Shown: positions 47,658 through 58,053 of the stretch, piece after piece
Position numbering within the stretch: the first letter of the stretch is position 1
How the letters are laid out: every line of letters starts with the position of its first letter
Source of the DNA: Candidatus Buchananbacteria bacterium
GTDB lineage: Bacteria; Patescibacteriota; Patescibacteriia; 2-01-FULL-39-33; JBAYJR01
Length of the DNA: 64,000 nucleotides
Direction of reading: 5' to 3'
NCBI GenBank assembly: GCA_041665005.1
Contig: JBAYJR010000007.1
Location: forward strand, 3,061 to 67,060
Notes under the pieces: generated by a model
The model's database searches: none
The model's input: the letters and a program-made list of their open reading frames with translations, nothing else
Told to the model about the DNA's origin: nothing
Translations under genes and position numbers: made by a program

Positions 47658-48602
47658 TTAAATAATTTTCCAGCCGAGCTTGGTTTTTTCAAGTTGACCA
47701 TCTAGGGTAAAGCCGGCCGCTTTACGATGCCCACCACCACCTAACATTTTGGCTAGCCGACTGACGTCGACATGTTCTTTGGTGGTACGTAAACTACCTT
47801 TAATTTTACCATTATTTTCTTGTAAAACCAAGACAAAATTGCCGTCCTTTAGGGAATTCAAAAAGTTAGCTAAACCTTCTAAAGAGCCATTGGAATTAGC
47901 TAGTTTAGCGGTTTGACTTTGAGGAACAACAGTAAAGACTAAATTGTAATGATTTTTTTGTAAACTAGCCAGGGCTAAGCCCCAAATTTGTAAAACTGAT
48001 AGTTCTTTGTTTTGATTAACTTGATTAGTAATTAAAGGTAATTTGGCACCCAATAGTAGTAAACGCGAAGCGGCGTTGAAAGTAGTTAATGAGGTATTGC
48101 TAAAAGTTAGACCGCCAGTATCAGTAATAATTCCACATAATAAATTGGAAGCCATGGGGGAGGTAATTAGGGCGCTGATTTCTTGAAAAAAATGAAAGAC
48201 CACCTCAGCGGTGGAGGAGGCTCGGGCCTCAATTAAATTTAAAGCGGCAAAGCGATTGTTAGTCTGGTGATGGTCAAGGCTAATGGTGTTTGCCAAAATA
48301 TTCGAGGTTAAAGTTAGGCCCGTATAGTTTAAAGAAGCACAGTCCATAAAAACAAAGGTTATCTCGGCTAGTTCCTTGGGTAGTTGGTTAATAACAAATT
48401 GTCGGCCAGGTAAAAAATTTAAAAATTCTGGGATTGGGTCTAGGCAGAAAACGTGGCTAGTGATTCCTTGATTTTTTAACCACCACCACAAGGCCAAGGC
48501 CGAGCCCAAAGTGTCAGCATCGGGGTTACGATGACAAACCAAAACTATCTGCTGGGCAGCCAGCAAGACTTGACGGAGACGGTTGGCGGTTAGTTTGTTC
48601 AT
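47658..48602 (-). CDS. nrnA: DHH/DHHA1 nanoRNase (NrnA-like)
   Basis: H..PD.D..GS, DHH, TDTG, GGGH..AAG. Confidence 0.9.
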   Translation of the reverse strand: MNKLTANRLRQVLLAAQQIVLVCHRNPDADTLGSALALWWWLKNQGITSHVFCLDPIPEFLNFLPGRQFVINQLPKELAEITFVFMDCASLNYTGLTLTSNILANTISLDHHQTNNRFAALNLIEARASSTAEVVFHFFQEISALITSPMASNLLCGIITDTGGLTFSNTSLTTFNAASRLLLLGAKLPLITNQVNQNKELSVLQIWGLALASLQKNHYNLVFTVVPQSQTAKLANSNGSLEGLANFLNSLKDGNFVLVLQENNGKIKGSLRTTKEHVDVSRLAKMLGGGGHRKAAGFTLDGQLEKTKLGWKII

Positions 48603-48718
48603 AAGCGTAGCTAAAATCCAGGTATCTTAAGTGATTATTGACATCTTGTCAAATAAACTATTTTATGCTATAATTAAAAAGAATAAAATAATTTTAATTA
48701 TTAATTAAATCAAATAGT

Positions 48719-48922
48719 ATGGGTTTACCAGGTCATCGTCGAACTAGTTCTCACAAACGCAGAAGAGCCGCGCATTTTGCTCTAAAAACCAATAAGTTAG
48801 TTAAGTGTTCCAAATGTCAGAAAGGCATTTTGGCACATCACGTTTGCCCTTATTGTGGTTATTATTTGGGCAAAGAAGTGATAAAAATTAAAGTTAAAAA
48901 AAGCAAAGCTCCTAAAAAATAA
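48719..48922 (+). CDS. rpmF: 50S ribosomal protein L32
   Basis: RRR.H, C..C...H.VC..CG.Y. Confidence 0.95.
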   Translation: MGLPGHRRTSSHKRRRAAHFALKTNKLVKCSKCQKGILAHHVCPYCGYYLGKEVIKIKVKKSKAPKK

Positions 48923-48933
48923 ATTTTGTAACC

Positions 48934-49392
48934 ATGGCCAATCGTCACTTAGCCAGAACTTTAGCCGTCCAGACTCTTTATCAGTGGGACTTTAATAATT
49001 GTGCTAATGACCGGATGTCAGAATTCATTAAAGAAAACTTAAAAGAGTTTGCTCCAGATTTTGACGACCACGGTTTTACCGAAAATTTATTGCAAGGCAT
49101 TATTAAAAATCAGGGCGAAATTGATGATTTAATTCGCAAATTTGCTCCGGAATGGCCGTTGGAACAAATCACCTTAATTGACCGAAACATTTTACGTTTG
49201 GGAGTTTTTGAATTGCGTTTTACTGAAGATATTCCGGCTAAAGTAGCAATTAATGAAGCAATTGAATTAGCTAAAACCTTTGGTGGCGAATCCTCAGGAC
49301 GTTTTGTTAATGGTGTTTTGGGGGCAATTTATAAAGAGATGGGAGTGAAAGCGATTGATATTGTCGAGCCAAAGGAGGAGAAGAAGTCTTAA
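48934..49392 (+). CDS. nusB: Transcription antitermination factor NusB
   Basis: [26 protein letters not shown]. Confidence 0.97.
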   Translation: MANRHLARTLAVQTLYQWDFNNCANDRMSEFIKENLKEFAPDFDDHGFTENLLQGIIKNQGEIDDLIRKFAPEWPLEQITLIDRNILRLGVFELRFTEDIPAKVAINEAIELAKTFGGESSGRFVNGVLGAIYKEMGVKAIDIVEPKEEKKS

Positions 49393-49476
49393 AAAATTTA
49401 TTATTAAAAATCCCTTAATCCATAGCTCAAAATTGTTACTCGGTTTTGGCTTATGGACTGTGGGCTTAAAATCTTT

Positions 49477-50166
49477 ATGCATGATTTAGCCAAGTTAGAA
49501 AAAATACTCAAAGTTAAATTTAACAATGCCAAGTTATTAACCCAGGCCTTGGTGCATCGTTCTTATATCAATGAACATCCCGATTTTCCTTTGGAGCATA
49601 ATGAACGGTTAGAGTTTTTGGGTGACGCTGTTTTGGAATTAGCCGTGACGGAATATTTATATAATAAATACCCTAATCCGGAGGGAGAATTAACTAACTG
49701 GCGCGCGAGCCTGGTTAATGCTAACACCTTGGCAGACATTGCTAAAAATTTGGAGTTGGAACAATTTTTATATTTAAGCAAAGGAGAACTACAAGATAGC
49801 AATAGTAAGGCTCGGCGCTATATTTTGGCCAATGCTTTGGAGGCGGTAATGGGGGCGATTTATTTAGATAAAGGGTATAAAGTGGCCAGTAGTTTTGTTA
49901 AGCGTTTTATTTTGGTAGAATTGCCGGGAATTTTAGAAAAGAAACTATATTTAGATCCCAAAAGTCATTTTCAAGAATTAGCCCAAGAAAAAATTGGGGT
50001 TACGCCAACTTACAAAGTGTTAACTGAAAGTGGCCCGGATCATGCTAAAACTTTTAAGGTCGGAGTTTTCTTAGGCTCGGAGCTGACCGCTTCCGGTTTG
50101 GGTTCTTCTAAGCAGGAAGCCCAAACTGAAGCCGCTAAAAAAGGCTTAGAGGCCAAGTCTTGGTAA
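49477..50166 (+). CDS. rnc: Ribonuclease III
   Basis: NERLEFLGDAVL and dsRBD. Confidence 0.98.
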   Translation: MHDLAKLEKILKVKFNNAKLLTQALVHRSYINEHPDFPLEHNERLEFLGDAVLELAVTEYLYNKYPNPEGELTNWRASLVNANTLADIAKNLELEQFLYLSKGELQDSNSKARRYILANALEAVMGAIYLDKGYKVASSFVKRFILVELPGILEKKLYLDPKSHFQELAQEKIGVTPTYKVLTESGPDHAKTFKVGVFLGSELTASGLGSSKQEAQTEAAKKGLEAKSW

Positions 50167-50225
50167 TTTTTTTATAAATTTAAAGACCAGTTATTGTTTT
50201 AAGTAATTGGTTAAAAAACAAAAAT

Positions 50226-51266
50226 ATGCTTAATCTTGATTCTTTATTCAAAACTGCGGTAGCGGAAGGAGCTTCCGATGTGCATCTAATTGTTGGTTTA
50301 TCACCTTATTTGCGGGTTGATGGAGTTCTAAAGCCTTTAACCAAGATAGAAGCTTTAACCGCTAAAGAAGTAGAAAATTCAGTGTTTGGTTTATTAGATC
50401 AAAAACAAATTGAACGTTTTAAAGAGGATCGGGAATTAGATTTATCTTATGAAATTAATGGTGGGAATAGGTTTCGGATTAATTTGCATTATGAGAAAGG
50501 TTGTGTTGGCCTATCAGCTAGATTAATACCAGTTAAAATTCCAACTTTAGAAGAGTTGGTGATGCCCGAAGCAACCTTGGGATTAATAGACCAACGACCG
50601 GGTCTAGTTTTGCTCACTGGTCCGACTGGTTCTGGTAAATCCACTACTTTAGCTTCCATGTTGGAGCACATTAATCAAACTCGTGCGGAAAACATTTTTA
50701 CCTTAGAAGATCCAATTGAATTTGTGTTTAAGCCGGCCAAGAGCATCGTCCGTCAGCGGCAATTGTTAAATGATATGTTAACTTTTGAGGCGGGTTTAGT
50801 CCATGTCTTACGTCAGGACCCGAATGTAATTATGGTGGGTGAAATGCGTAATTTAGAAACTATTGCCACTACTATTACTTTGGCTGAAACTGGTCATTTG
50901 GTTTTAGCAACTTTACATACTTATAATTCCGCTCAGACCATTGATCGTATTATTGATAGTTTTCCGCCACACCAACAAAATCAAATTCGTTTACAACTGT
51001 CTTTAACACTTAAAGGGGTTATCTCTCAAAGGTTACTGCCAAAAGTTGATGGTGGGCGTATTGCGACCCGTGAAGTGCTTTTGAATAATCCGGCGGTGGC
51101 AAATTTAATCAGAGAAAACAAAGTGCCACAGATTAAAAATGTAATTCAAACCGCTGGTGCCGAAGGGATGTTTGCGATGGATCAGGATATTCAAAGTTTG
51201 TATAAGAAAAAAATTATTAGCAAAGAAGTGGCGCTGGCCAATTTGACCACGACTAGAAAGATTTAA
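50226..51266 (+). CDS. pilT: Type IV pilus retraction ATPase
   Basis: ASDVHL, GPTGSGKSTT, EDPIE, LRQDP, ETGHLV..TLH, LIRE. Confidence 0.92.
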   Translation: MLNLDSLFKTAVAEGASDVHLIVGLSPYLRVDGVLKPLTKIEALTAKEVENSVFGLLDQKQIERFKEDRELDLSYEINGGNRFRINLHYEKGCVGLSARLIPVKIPTLEELVMPEATLGLIDQRPGLVLLTGPTGSGKSTTLASMLEHINQTRAENIFTLEDPIEFVFKPAKSIVRQRQLLNDMLTFEAGLVHVLRQDPNVIMVGEMRNLETIATTITLAETGHLVLATLHTYNSAQTIDRIIDSFPPHQQNQIRLQLSLTLKGVISQRLLPKVDGGRIATREVLLNNPAVANLIRENKVPQIKNVIQTAGAEGMFAMDQDIQSLYKKKIISKEVALANLTTTRKI

Positions 51267-51366
51267 AATTAGTTAGGATGTTAAATAAAAATCCGTCTTC
51301 GGTAGGGGCGGATTTTTTAGTTATGTTAGCGGCGGTCTTAAATTAAAAATAAAAAACGCCAAAGTT

Positions 51367-51627
51367 TTAGTTTTGGCGTTCTGATTGTTTTTGGCCCCAG
51401 CGCGGTAGTGGATCAAAAAATTTTGTTTTGGAAAAATGCTTTCCTATAAATTCAAAGATAATTAGTATACCCAAAACATCAAGAGGTTCGGGACGCGGCA
51501 ACTGTGACAGATACGACTTGAAGTCAAAAATCATAAAATATAACAGTCCTAGGGTGTAGAGGGTAGCAATAACAACCCCCATTATTCTAAAAGACCAAGC
51601 GATCAGACATCGTATTTTCCAAGGCAT
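51367..51627 (-). CDS. Hypothetical small membrane protein
   Basis: SD AAGGAGGTG; directly downstream of tRNA-Lys. Confidence 0.65.
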   Translation of the reverse strand: MPWKIRCLIAWSFRIMGVVIATLYTLGLLYFMIFDFKSYLSQLPRPEPLDVLGILIIFEFIGKHFSKTKFFDPLPRWGQKQSERQN

Positions 51628-51659
51628 TTTTATACACCTCCTTTATAAATTTTAAACTG

Positions 51660-51732
51660 TGGGACGTGCAGGATTTGAACCTGCGACCGTTCGCTTAAGA
51701 GGCGACTGCTCTACCAACTGAGCTAACGTCCC
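51660..51732 (-). tRNA. tRNA-Lys(CTT)
   Basis: Cloverleaf, loop ctCTTaa; CCA not encoded. Confidence 0.94.
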
Positions 51733-51932
51733 GTAGTAATTAAAAATTTAAAAATCAAAATGCAAAATTAATTATTGAGGATTTAATCAGCTGTTTACCT
51801 CAACTCTCGGAGATAATTGACGCGAGGCGGTAGTAAATATCCTCGAATAGAATTTGATTATTAATTTATAATTAGCAACATAATAATAACGGAAAAACCT
51901 AAATAAATCAAGTATAGAAACGAGGGTATAAA

Positions 51933-52343
51933 TTATCTATTATGATGAACTTGATTGTTGTTAATAATACCAACCGCCCGGGAAAGTTTTAGGTATTTTA
52001 TTTTTAATTCCCGATATTTATCCGAGGTAATATTTGTTTTTTGTTTTAACTCAGTTAGTTTAACGACGAGGGGAATTAAGGCCTGTTTGGCTGATTCTCG
52101 GATTAAATTATTTGGTGCTTCTTTGGACGTAAGTTCGGTAATTGAAAGTAGTTCTGTAAGTGGGTGAGTAGACTCAAATTCTAACAGAGCTAATTCTAGC
52201 TCGGCAATTTCTGGTCCGCATTCTCGAAGGTTTTCCGGCGGGATTATTGTCTCCGGATGCTCTTTTGTCCACTGTTCAGGCTGTCCGTTTTTTGTTTGAA
52301 GTTTAAGCTCCTCAAGGTTTGGCTTTTCAGAAGTTCCATCCAT
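51933..52343 (-). CDS. Hypothetical protein
   Basis: 136-aa ORF between two tRNA genes. Confidence 0.65.
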   Translation of the reverse strand: MDGTSEKPNLEELKLQTKNGQPEQWTKEHPETIIPPENLRECGPEIAELELALLEFESTHPLTELLSITELTSKEAPNNLIRESAKQALIPLVVKLTELKQKTNITSDKYRELKIKYLKLSRAVGIINNNQVHHNR

Positions 52344-52384
52344 AAAGTTATTGGTTGGTAGTTAAAAATTTAAAAGCTTAGTGG

Positions 52385-52459
52385 TGGTGCGCCCGGCGGG
52401 AGTCGAACCCACGTCATTGGTTCCGAAGACCAGCGTTCTATCCGTTGAACTACGGGCGC
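52385..52459 (-). tRNA. tRNA-Arg(TCG)
   Basis: Cloverleaf, loop ctTCGga, CCA. Confidence 0.94.
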
Positions 52460-52544
52460 CTAATCCTTTTCAATATAGCGGATAAAGCGCCTTAAGTCAA
52501 CCAAAAACCCCGAATTAATCGGGGTTTTTGTAAAAAAACAGAGT

Positions 52545-52823
52545 TTAGGATTTTAAGGCATCTTTTAAAACTTTGCCGGCTTTAAATTTAGGCACGACGA
52601 CATCAGGGATTTGGATTTTTTCACTAGGGTTTCTAGGATTAACGCCAACTCGGCCAGCGCGTTTGCGAGCCGAAAAAGCACCAAAACCAGTAATCGTGAC
52701 CTCCTCACCACCTTTAATTTTTTCGGTGATAGTTTGGGTAATGGTTTCAATAGCTTGCTCAGCTTGGGCTTTAGTAATACCAACTTTTTCCGCCAGAGTT
52801 TCAATTAATTGCGCTTTGTTCAT
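52545..52823 (-). CDS. hup: DNA-binding protein HU
   Basis: MNK..L, GFG.F, G.NP, PKFKAGK.LK. Confidence 0.95.
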   Translation of the reverse strand: MNKAQLIETLAEKVGITKAQAEQAIETITQTITEKIKGGEEVTITGFGAFSARKRAGRVGVNPRNPSEKIQIPDVVVPKFKAGKVLKDALKS

Positions 52824-52858
52824 AAAAATAAAAAATTATTTTTTAAGCTGTAGTTATT

Positions 52859-53677
52859 TTAGCTGATTTTAGTTAAAAAGTCTAGTCGTTTTATTTTTTT
52901 AACCTTAGCTTTAGCTGGATCTATTTCTAATAGAATGGAATTAAAGAGGGCGGTTCCTTGAGTTGGTTGTTCGTGCATTTCTTTAATTGGTAAACCAGGT
53001 TCTTCAGACAGAAAGCTGTTAATAACAGATTGTTGGTTGGCTCCCAAAACTGAAGCTTGAGGCCCGACCATGCCGACATCACTAACATAGGCCGTGCCTT
53101 GGGGCAAAAGCTGTTGGTCGGCGGTAGGAATATGAGTATGGGTACCCAAGACGGCGGAGACTCGACCATCAGCAAAAAAACCAAAGGCGACTTTTTCCGA
53201 AGTTGCTTCAGCATGAAAATCAACCAGACTAGCCACTAGATCATTTTTAGCAGTTCGTGATAAAATTTCATCCAGCATTCTAAAAGGATTACGGCAATTA
53301 TCAGCGCCTTTTACAAAAACTCGTCCGAGCAAGTTAATAATCAAAATCGAACCTTTTTTGGTTTTAATAATTTGATAACCTAACCCAGGGTCAGTTGTGG
53401 CAAAATTGGCTGGCCGGATTAAATTAGTTTTTTTTTCAAGCAAATCCTTGGCCACCTCTTTGGACCAGATGTGATTGCCGGAAGTAAAAAAATCTACTCC
53501 GGCTTTTTCCATTTCTAATAAGGTGCTGGCGGTCAGGCCAGTGCCGTGAGCTAAATTTTCAGCGTTAGCAATAACTAAGTCTAAATGATTATCGGTTTTA
53601 AGTTTTGGCAAAAGTTTAGTAACCGCTAAGCGGCCCATTTTACCAACAATGTCACCGATAAAAAGAATTTTAAGCAT
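52859..53677 (-). CDS. ymdB: YmdB/TIGR00282 metallophosphoesterase
   Basis: GDIVG, NAEN, GNH, DFHAEATSEK, GTHTH. Confidence 0.93.
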   Translation of the reverse strand: MLKILFIGDIVGKMGRLAVTKLLPKLKTDNHLDLVIANAENLAHGTGLTASTLLEMEKAGVDFFTSGNHIWSKEVAKDLLEKKTNLIRPANFATTDPGLGYQIIKTKKGSILIINLLGRVFVKGADNCRNPFRMLDEILSRTAKNDLVASLVDFHAEATSEKVAFGFFADGRVSAVLGTHTHIPTADQQLLPQGTAYVSDVGMVGPQASVLGANQQSVINSFLSEEPGLPIKEMHEQPTQGTALFNSILLEIDPAKAKVKKIKRLDFLTKIS

Positions 53678-53682
53678 AAAGA

Positions 53683-55221
53683 TTAACGAGCGTATTCCAC
53701 GATGCGAGTTTCGCGAATGACATTAACTTTAATTTCACCAGGATATTTTAATTCTTGTTCAATTTTTTGGGCTACGTCGCGGGCCAATTTAATTGCACCT
53801 AAATCGTCAATTTCTTCAGGTTTAACAAAGACTCGGATTTCACGGCCAGCTTGAATGGCATAGGCTTTTTCTACGCCCGTAAAAGCCAAGGCGACTTTTT
53901 CTAAATCTTCTAAGCGGTTTAAATAATTTTCGTAAGAATCTTTGCGAGCGCCCGGACGAGAACCAGAAATAGCATCAGCTACCTTAACAATAATACTTTC
54001 TAATGATTTGGGTTGGTCTTCGTGATGGGCTAAGGCAATGTAAGCGATGTCTTCGGGTAAACCAAACTTCTTTAGGATATTATAACCAATTGAAGGGTGA
54101 GTGCCCTGAACTTCCTGATCCACGGCCTTACCAATATCATGTAAAAGTCCACCTTTTTTAGCCAAGCTAACATCGGCACCTAATTCTTCGGCTAATAAAG
54201 CGGAGAGGTGAGCAACTTCAATAGAATGTTGTAAAATATTTTGGCCATAGCTGGTGCGATATTTTAGTCGTCCAACGATTTGAACTAATTTTGGGTCTAG
54301 GCCAGTAATACCCAGACCATACAAAGCATCTTCACCAGCTTTTTTCATTTCTTGGGCTAGTTCAGTTTTAACTTGCTCAATTGTTTCTTCAATGCGAGCG
54401 GGATGAATACGACCATCGCTAATTAATTTTTCTAAGACACGTTTGGCTAAGTGCCGTCTAATCGGAGAAAAGCCGGAAATGGTAATTGCTTCCGGAGTGT
54501 CATCAATTACAATTTCTACCCCGGTTAATTGTTCAATAGTTTTAATGTTACGACCTTCGCGACCGATAATTCGACCCTTCATTTCATCTGAAGGCAGGCT
54601 AACCATAGTGGTAGTAATTTCAGTAGCCTGAGGAACCGCACAACGTTGAATAGCTAAAGTTAATAAATCGCGAGCTTCATTTTCAATCTCTTCGGCGGCT
54701 TGAGTTTGTAATTTTTGAATGCGTTGGACTAATTCACCTTTCATTTGTCTTTCGGTGTTGTCAATGATTATTTTTTGGGCCTCTTCTTTGGTTAAGCTGG
54801 CAATTTTTTCTAATTTAGCAATTTGTTCTTCTTTAATTTTTTGCAATTCTAATCGCATGCCTTCCAATTTTTGTTCTCGATCTAGGAGCTGTTGTTTTTT
54901 GTTTTCTAAATCCAACAATTTTTGGTCAAACAAAGATTCGCGCTGTTCTAGTCTTTTTTGGGCGCGGTGTAATTCCTGAGAGCGCTCTTTTTCTTCTTGC
55001 TTAGCTTCTTCAATTATTTTTAGGGCGCGTTCTTGAGCCTCTAATAAAATAATTTTTTGTTTGGTTTTGGACTCTTCCAGTAAATGTTGAATTTTGGTTT
55101 CAATGGTGTCGCGTTGGCGTTTAGCATAGCTTTTGCGTCCATAAAAACCCAAGACCATGCCGCCAAAAATAGCGACAAGAGTAATAGTAATCCAAATTGG
55201 GTTAATCATAAAATTTTCCAC
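53683..55221 (-). CDS. rny: Ribonuclease Y
   Basis: N-terminal TM, coiled coil, KH domain (GRIIGREGRNI), HD domain (LLHDIGK). Confidence 0.97.
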   Translation of the reverse strand: MENFMINPIWITITLVAIFGGMVLGFYGRKSYAKRQRDTIETKIQHLLEESKTKQKIILLEAQERALKIIEEAKQEEKERSQELHRAQKRLEQRESLFDQKLLDLENKKQQLLDREQKLEGMRLELQKIKEEQIAKLEKIASLTKEEAQKIIIDNTERQMKGELVQRIQKLQTQAAEEIENEARDLLTLAIQRCAVPQATEITTTMVSLPSDEMKGRIIGREGRNIKTIEQLTGVEIVIDDTPEAITISGFSPIRRHLAKRVLEKLISDGRIHPARIEETIEQVKTELAQEMKKAGEDALYGLGITGLDPKLVQIVGRLKYRTSYGQNILQHSIEVAHLSALLAEELGADVSLAKKGGLLHDIGKAVDQEVQGTHPSIGYNILKKFGLPEDIAYIALAHHEDQPKSLESIIVKVADAISGSRPGARKDSYENYLNRLEDLEKVALAFTGVEKAYAIQAGREIRVFVKPEEIDDLGAIKLARDVAQKIEQELKYPGEIKVNVIRETRIVEYAR

Positions 55222-55422
55222 AGTGGTCGGTGGGTGGTTATAAATTTGAGTTCAAAACGACAGCAAAAACCCCAACTTTTAGTTGGTGAGAGAATTATTT
55301 ACGATAAACAAAGTATAGTTGCAGGTCACATTTTTTCTATCAGTAAGTTGTTGTCTGTTTTTATTAAAATTGGAAAAAATTCTCTATAGCTATCAAAATT
55401 TATTCAACCACTCAGACAAACC
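55222..55422 (-). ncRNA. ssrS: Putative 6S RNA
   Basis: About 200-nt rod-like self-complementarity with a central bubble, own promoter, immediately upstream of rny-ymdB. Confidence 0.55.
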
Positions 55423-55476
55423 AGTTATTAATTAAGACTGTAAAGAGTATAGCATAAAATATCAATTTTGGCAAGA

Positions 55477-58017
55477 TTAGCTTAAATTTTTGGATTTTTT
55501 GCGGTTATAGAGCCAAAGAGCCAGAGCGAGCAATAAAAACAGTCCCAAGCCCAGGTATTTTAGCCAGTCGGGAGTAGCTTTTTTGATTTCAGTGGTAGCG
55601 GTTGCTCCTAAAACTTTTTCTATTACTAAATCATTGTTGGTACGAGGTAATAGTCTTAATCCGGTAGCGGTTTTACTTAAAATACCAGTAACTCTAATTT
55701 GATCGCCTTCCTTAATAGCTAGATCAAGATTAGCAGAGGGCTTGAGATAAACTTTCAATTCTTGGCCATCATTGGCTAATTGAAAATAGGTTTTGGTGTT
55801 TTCGATAACTTGGCCGGTTAGGGTTAATAGACTGCCGACATCTTCATCGTCTAGTTCGGAAAGATTTTTTTCTTCGGGTGTTAGGGGGTTATTGTGGGAT
55901 AAAATCCTGATGTCTGCCTGAGTTTTTATTTTAATTCTTTTTTCACCGCCGCTTTCGGCTAGTTGACCGGTAACAAAAACCTTGTCTCCTAAAATGAGCT
56001 CTGGAAAATCTTTTTTGTAGCAATAAATTTGAATTCCCGGTGAGCCAGTCAAATAAAAGATTTGTTGGCCTAAAACACCCGGTAAAACCGAAACTACGCC
56101 GGTTAGGCTAACATTTTGTCCCACCGACAAGGCCTTAACTTCTTCCAGAGTGGTGTTAATTAGAGCGGAACTTTTTTGTTTAGCGCTAGCGGAAGGATTG
56201 GTTGAATTAGTGGTGGTCTCTCCGGAGGTTGTCGATTCTTCCTCAGTTATCAAAGTATTCTTTTTAATAGCAAGATAAAAATTCTTGGAAGTAGTTAAAT
56301 TCTGGTTATTAGTAATTTTTAATTTAATAGTATATCTCTTGGCTTGGTAAAAAATATGAAGCGGTGAACTAGAAGTGCTGGTTTGACCGTCGCCAAAATC
56401 CCACCAAAAATTTAAGGGACCGCCGGTAGGATTGGTGGAGTCAGAGGCGTCGAAAGTCACTGTTTCGCCAAGCAAGGGTTGTTTGTTGGATAGCCAATAG
56501 GTAAGTTGGGGAGTTTGAACTGGGAGTAAAATTATATTTTCTTGGTCCGGAGTAAGTTGTTTGGTTAATTCCCAGTCGCCAAATTGATCACGGCTCCAGG
56601 AAATATTTTCCAAAGCTTCTTTATAGTTAAAACTGTCAATTAAATGATTTTTAACATCATAGAGTTTAATAGTATCTCCGTTATTATCCAAGGCCAACTG
56701 AGAAAGACTGCGATAAATAGTTAAAAATTTTCCGGCTGCCAAAGTAGTAGTGCTAAGGGTAGAGGTGCTAAGGATAAATAAGTTTTTGGCGGTATTTTGT
56801 AAGCGCCAACCAGCCAAATCAATAGGGTTTTGTCCGTTATTTTTTAACTCAATAAATTCAGTTTGGCTGTCGTCACCCAAGGGGTTGGCTAAAAGCTCGT
56901 TAAGAACTAGTGATCCTTTGGTAATTTCTTCGGTACCGGTTGGTTTGGTGGTGGCTAGAGTAAATTGATTTGGTTGTCCTGGGGTAGGAGTAGTGGTAAT
57001 TATAAAATCTAAATTATCGTTGGTCAGGTTAGTAAAACTTTTTCTAGCCGCACTTTGACCATCGCGCGGAGCAGAGGCATTGTTAGAATTTTTATTATTC
57101 CAGTCGCCATAAACTACTTGGTTAATTGTTTCTCCAGTGGGACTTTTGAGTAAGATTAAATCACCGGAGTTGTTAAGATTGCCAGAAATTTTATTAATCA
57201 GTAAATAGCTTTGGGAACTTAGATTGCCGGTTAGTTTGGTTTGGCCTTTAGAGCCATCTTCAATTAGCCAGCCAGTTAAGTCAATACTTTGGCCGGTAGT
57301 ATTATAAAGTTCTAGCCATTCTTCTTGGCCATCTAGGGGGTCGGCCAAAAATTCGTTGATAATTATGTTATTAGGAGAATAAGTTTGAGTATAACTACCG
57401 CCACTGCCACCAGTGGCCGGTGTTGGAACAACAACTACGGGGGTGGTGGTAGGGTTTTCGCTTGGAGGAATAATAACTAGGCCGGTTGAATTAGCGGCCT
57501 TAGGAGTACCGCCAGGATTAGCGGAGGTCTGCCAAGTTTCATCAGCTTTACGTTCTAAGGTGGCCTTGGTTTCATTGTCTCCGGCTGGCCAGCCGGCAGT
57601 AGCATCAATTGAATCAATTAGATTACTAGTAGCATCGAATAATTCTAATTTGTCACCACCGTTGCTTAGGGCACCAGTATAAATTTGATCAGCGGTTAAC
57701 TCGGGAACTGAATTGTCGTCGGTGCGTTCTAATAAAAAATACCCTTGAGCCACAACTTTGTTGCTAAGAGTTAAATTAAGGGAGCCAGAAGTGGTTTTTA
57801 GCGACCAACCACTTAAGTCTATTTCTTGATCGGTGGGATTATATAATTCCAACCACTCGTCATTAGCCGAAGTAAACGTGCCCATCCAGGCCACCTCGTT
57901 AATAATTAGGTGAGCCTGGGTTTGACCCTGGCTAAGGGTTGGGCGTAATAATCCAGAGCCCAAAAAAACCACGATAAAAATTATCCTGGCAAAATAAAAA
58001 CCGCCTCCTATTTTCAT
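55477..58017 (-). CDS. Surface protein: three lamin-tail domains, PKD domain, probable OB folds, C-terminal TM
   Basis: Three I.NE...EW/FIEL.N...IDL.GW repeats, WDFGDG, C-terminal TM with basic tail. Confidence 0.85.
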   Translation of the reverse strand: MKIGGGFYFARIIFIVVFLGSGLLRPTLSQGQTQAHLIINEVAWMGTFTSANDEWLELYNPTDQEIDLSGWSLKTTSGSLNLTLSNKVVAQGYFLLERTDDNSVPELTADQIYTGALSNGGDKLELFDATSNLIDSIDATAGWPAGDNETKATLERKADETWQTSANPGGTPKAANSTGLVIIPPSENPTTTPVVVVPTPATGGSGGSYTQTYSPNNIIINEFLADPLDGQEEWLELYNTTGQSIDLTGWLIEDGSKGQTKLTGNLSSQSYLLINKISGNLNNSGDLILLKSPTGETINQVVYGDWNNKNSNNASAPRDGQSAARKSFTNLTNDNLDFIITTTPTPGQPNQFTLATTKPTGTEEITKGSLVLNELLANPLGDDSQTEFIELKNNGQNPIDLAGWRLQNTAKNLFILSTSTLSTTTLAAGKFLTIYRSLSQLALDNNGDTIKLYDVKNHLIDSFNYKEALENISWSRDQFGDWELTKQLTPDQENIILLPVQTPQLTYWLSNKQPLLGETVTFDASDSTNPTGGPLNFWWDFGDGQTSTSSSPLHIFYQAKRYTIKLKITNNQNLTTSKNFYLAIKKNTLITEEESTTSGETTTNSTNPSASAKQKSSALINTTLEEVKALSVGQNVSLTGVVSVLPGVLGQQIFYLTGSPGIQIYCYKKDFPELILGDKVFVTGQLAESGGEKRIKIKTQADIRILSHNNPLTPEEKNLSELDDEDVGSLLTLTGQVIENTKTYFQLANDGQELKVYLKPSANLDLAIKEGDQIRVTGILSKTATGLRLLPRTNNDLVIEKVLGATATTEIKKATPDWLKYLGLGLFLLLALALWLYNRKKSKNLS

Positions 58018-58053
58018 GTTTTTACACGTTAATTTTTAATTTTGTTATTTTTT

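Noticed and set aside
55084-55389. 101-aa plus-strand ORF over the rny start
   Set aside because: Antisense to rny and to the putative 6S RNA; no motif
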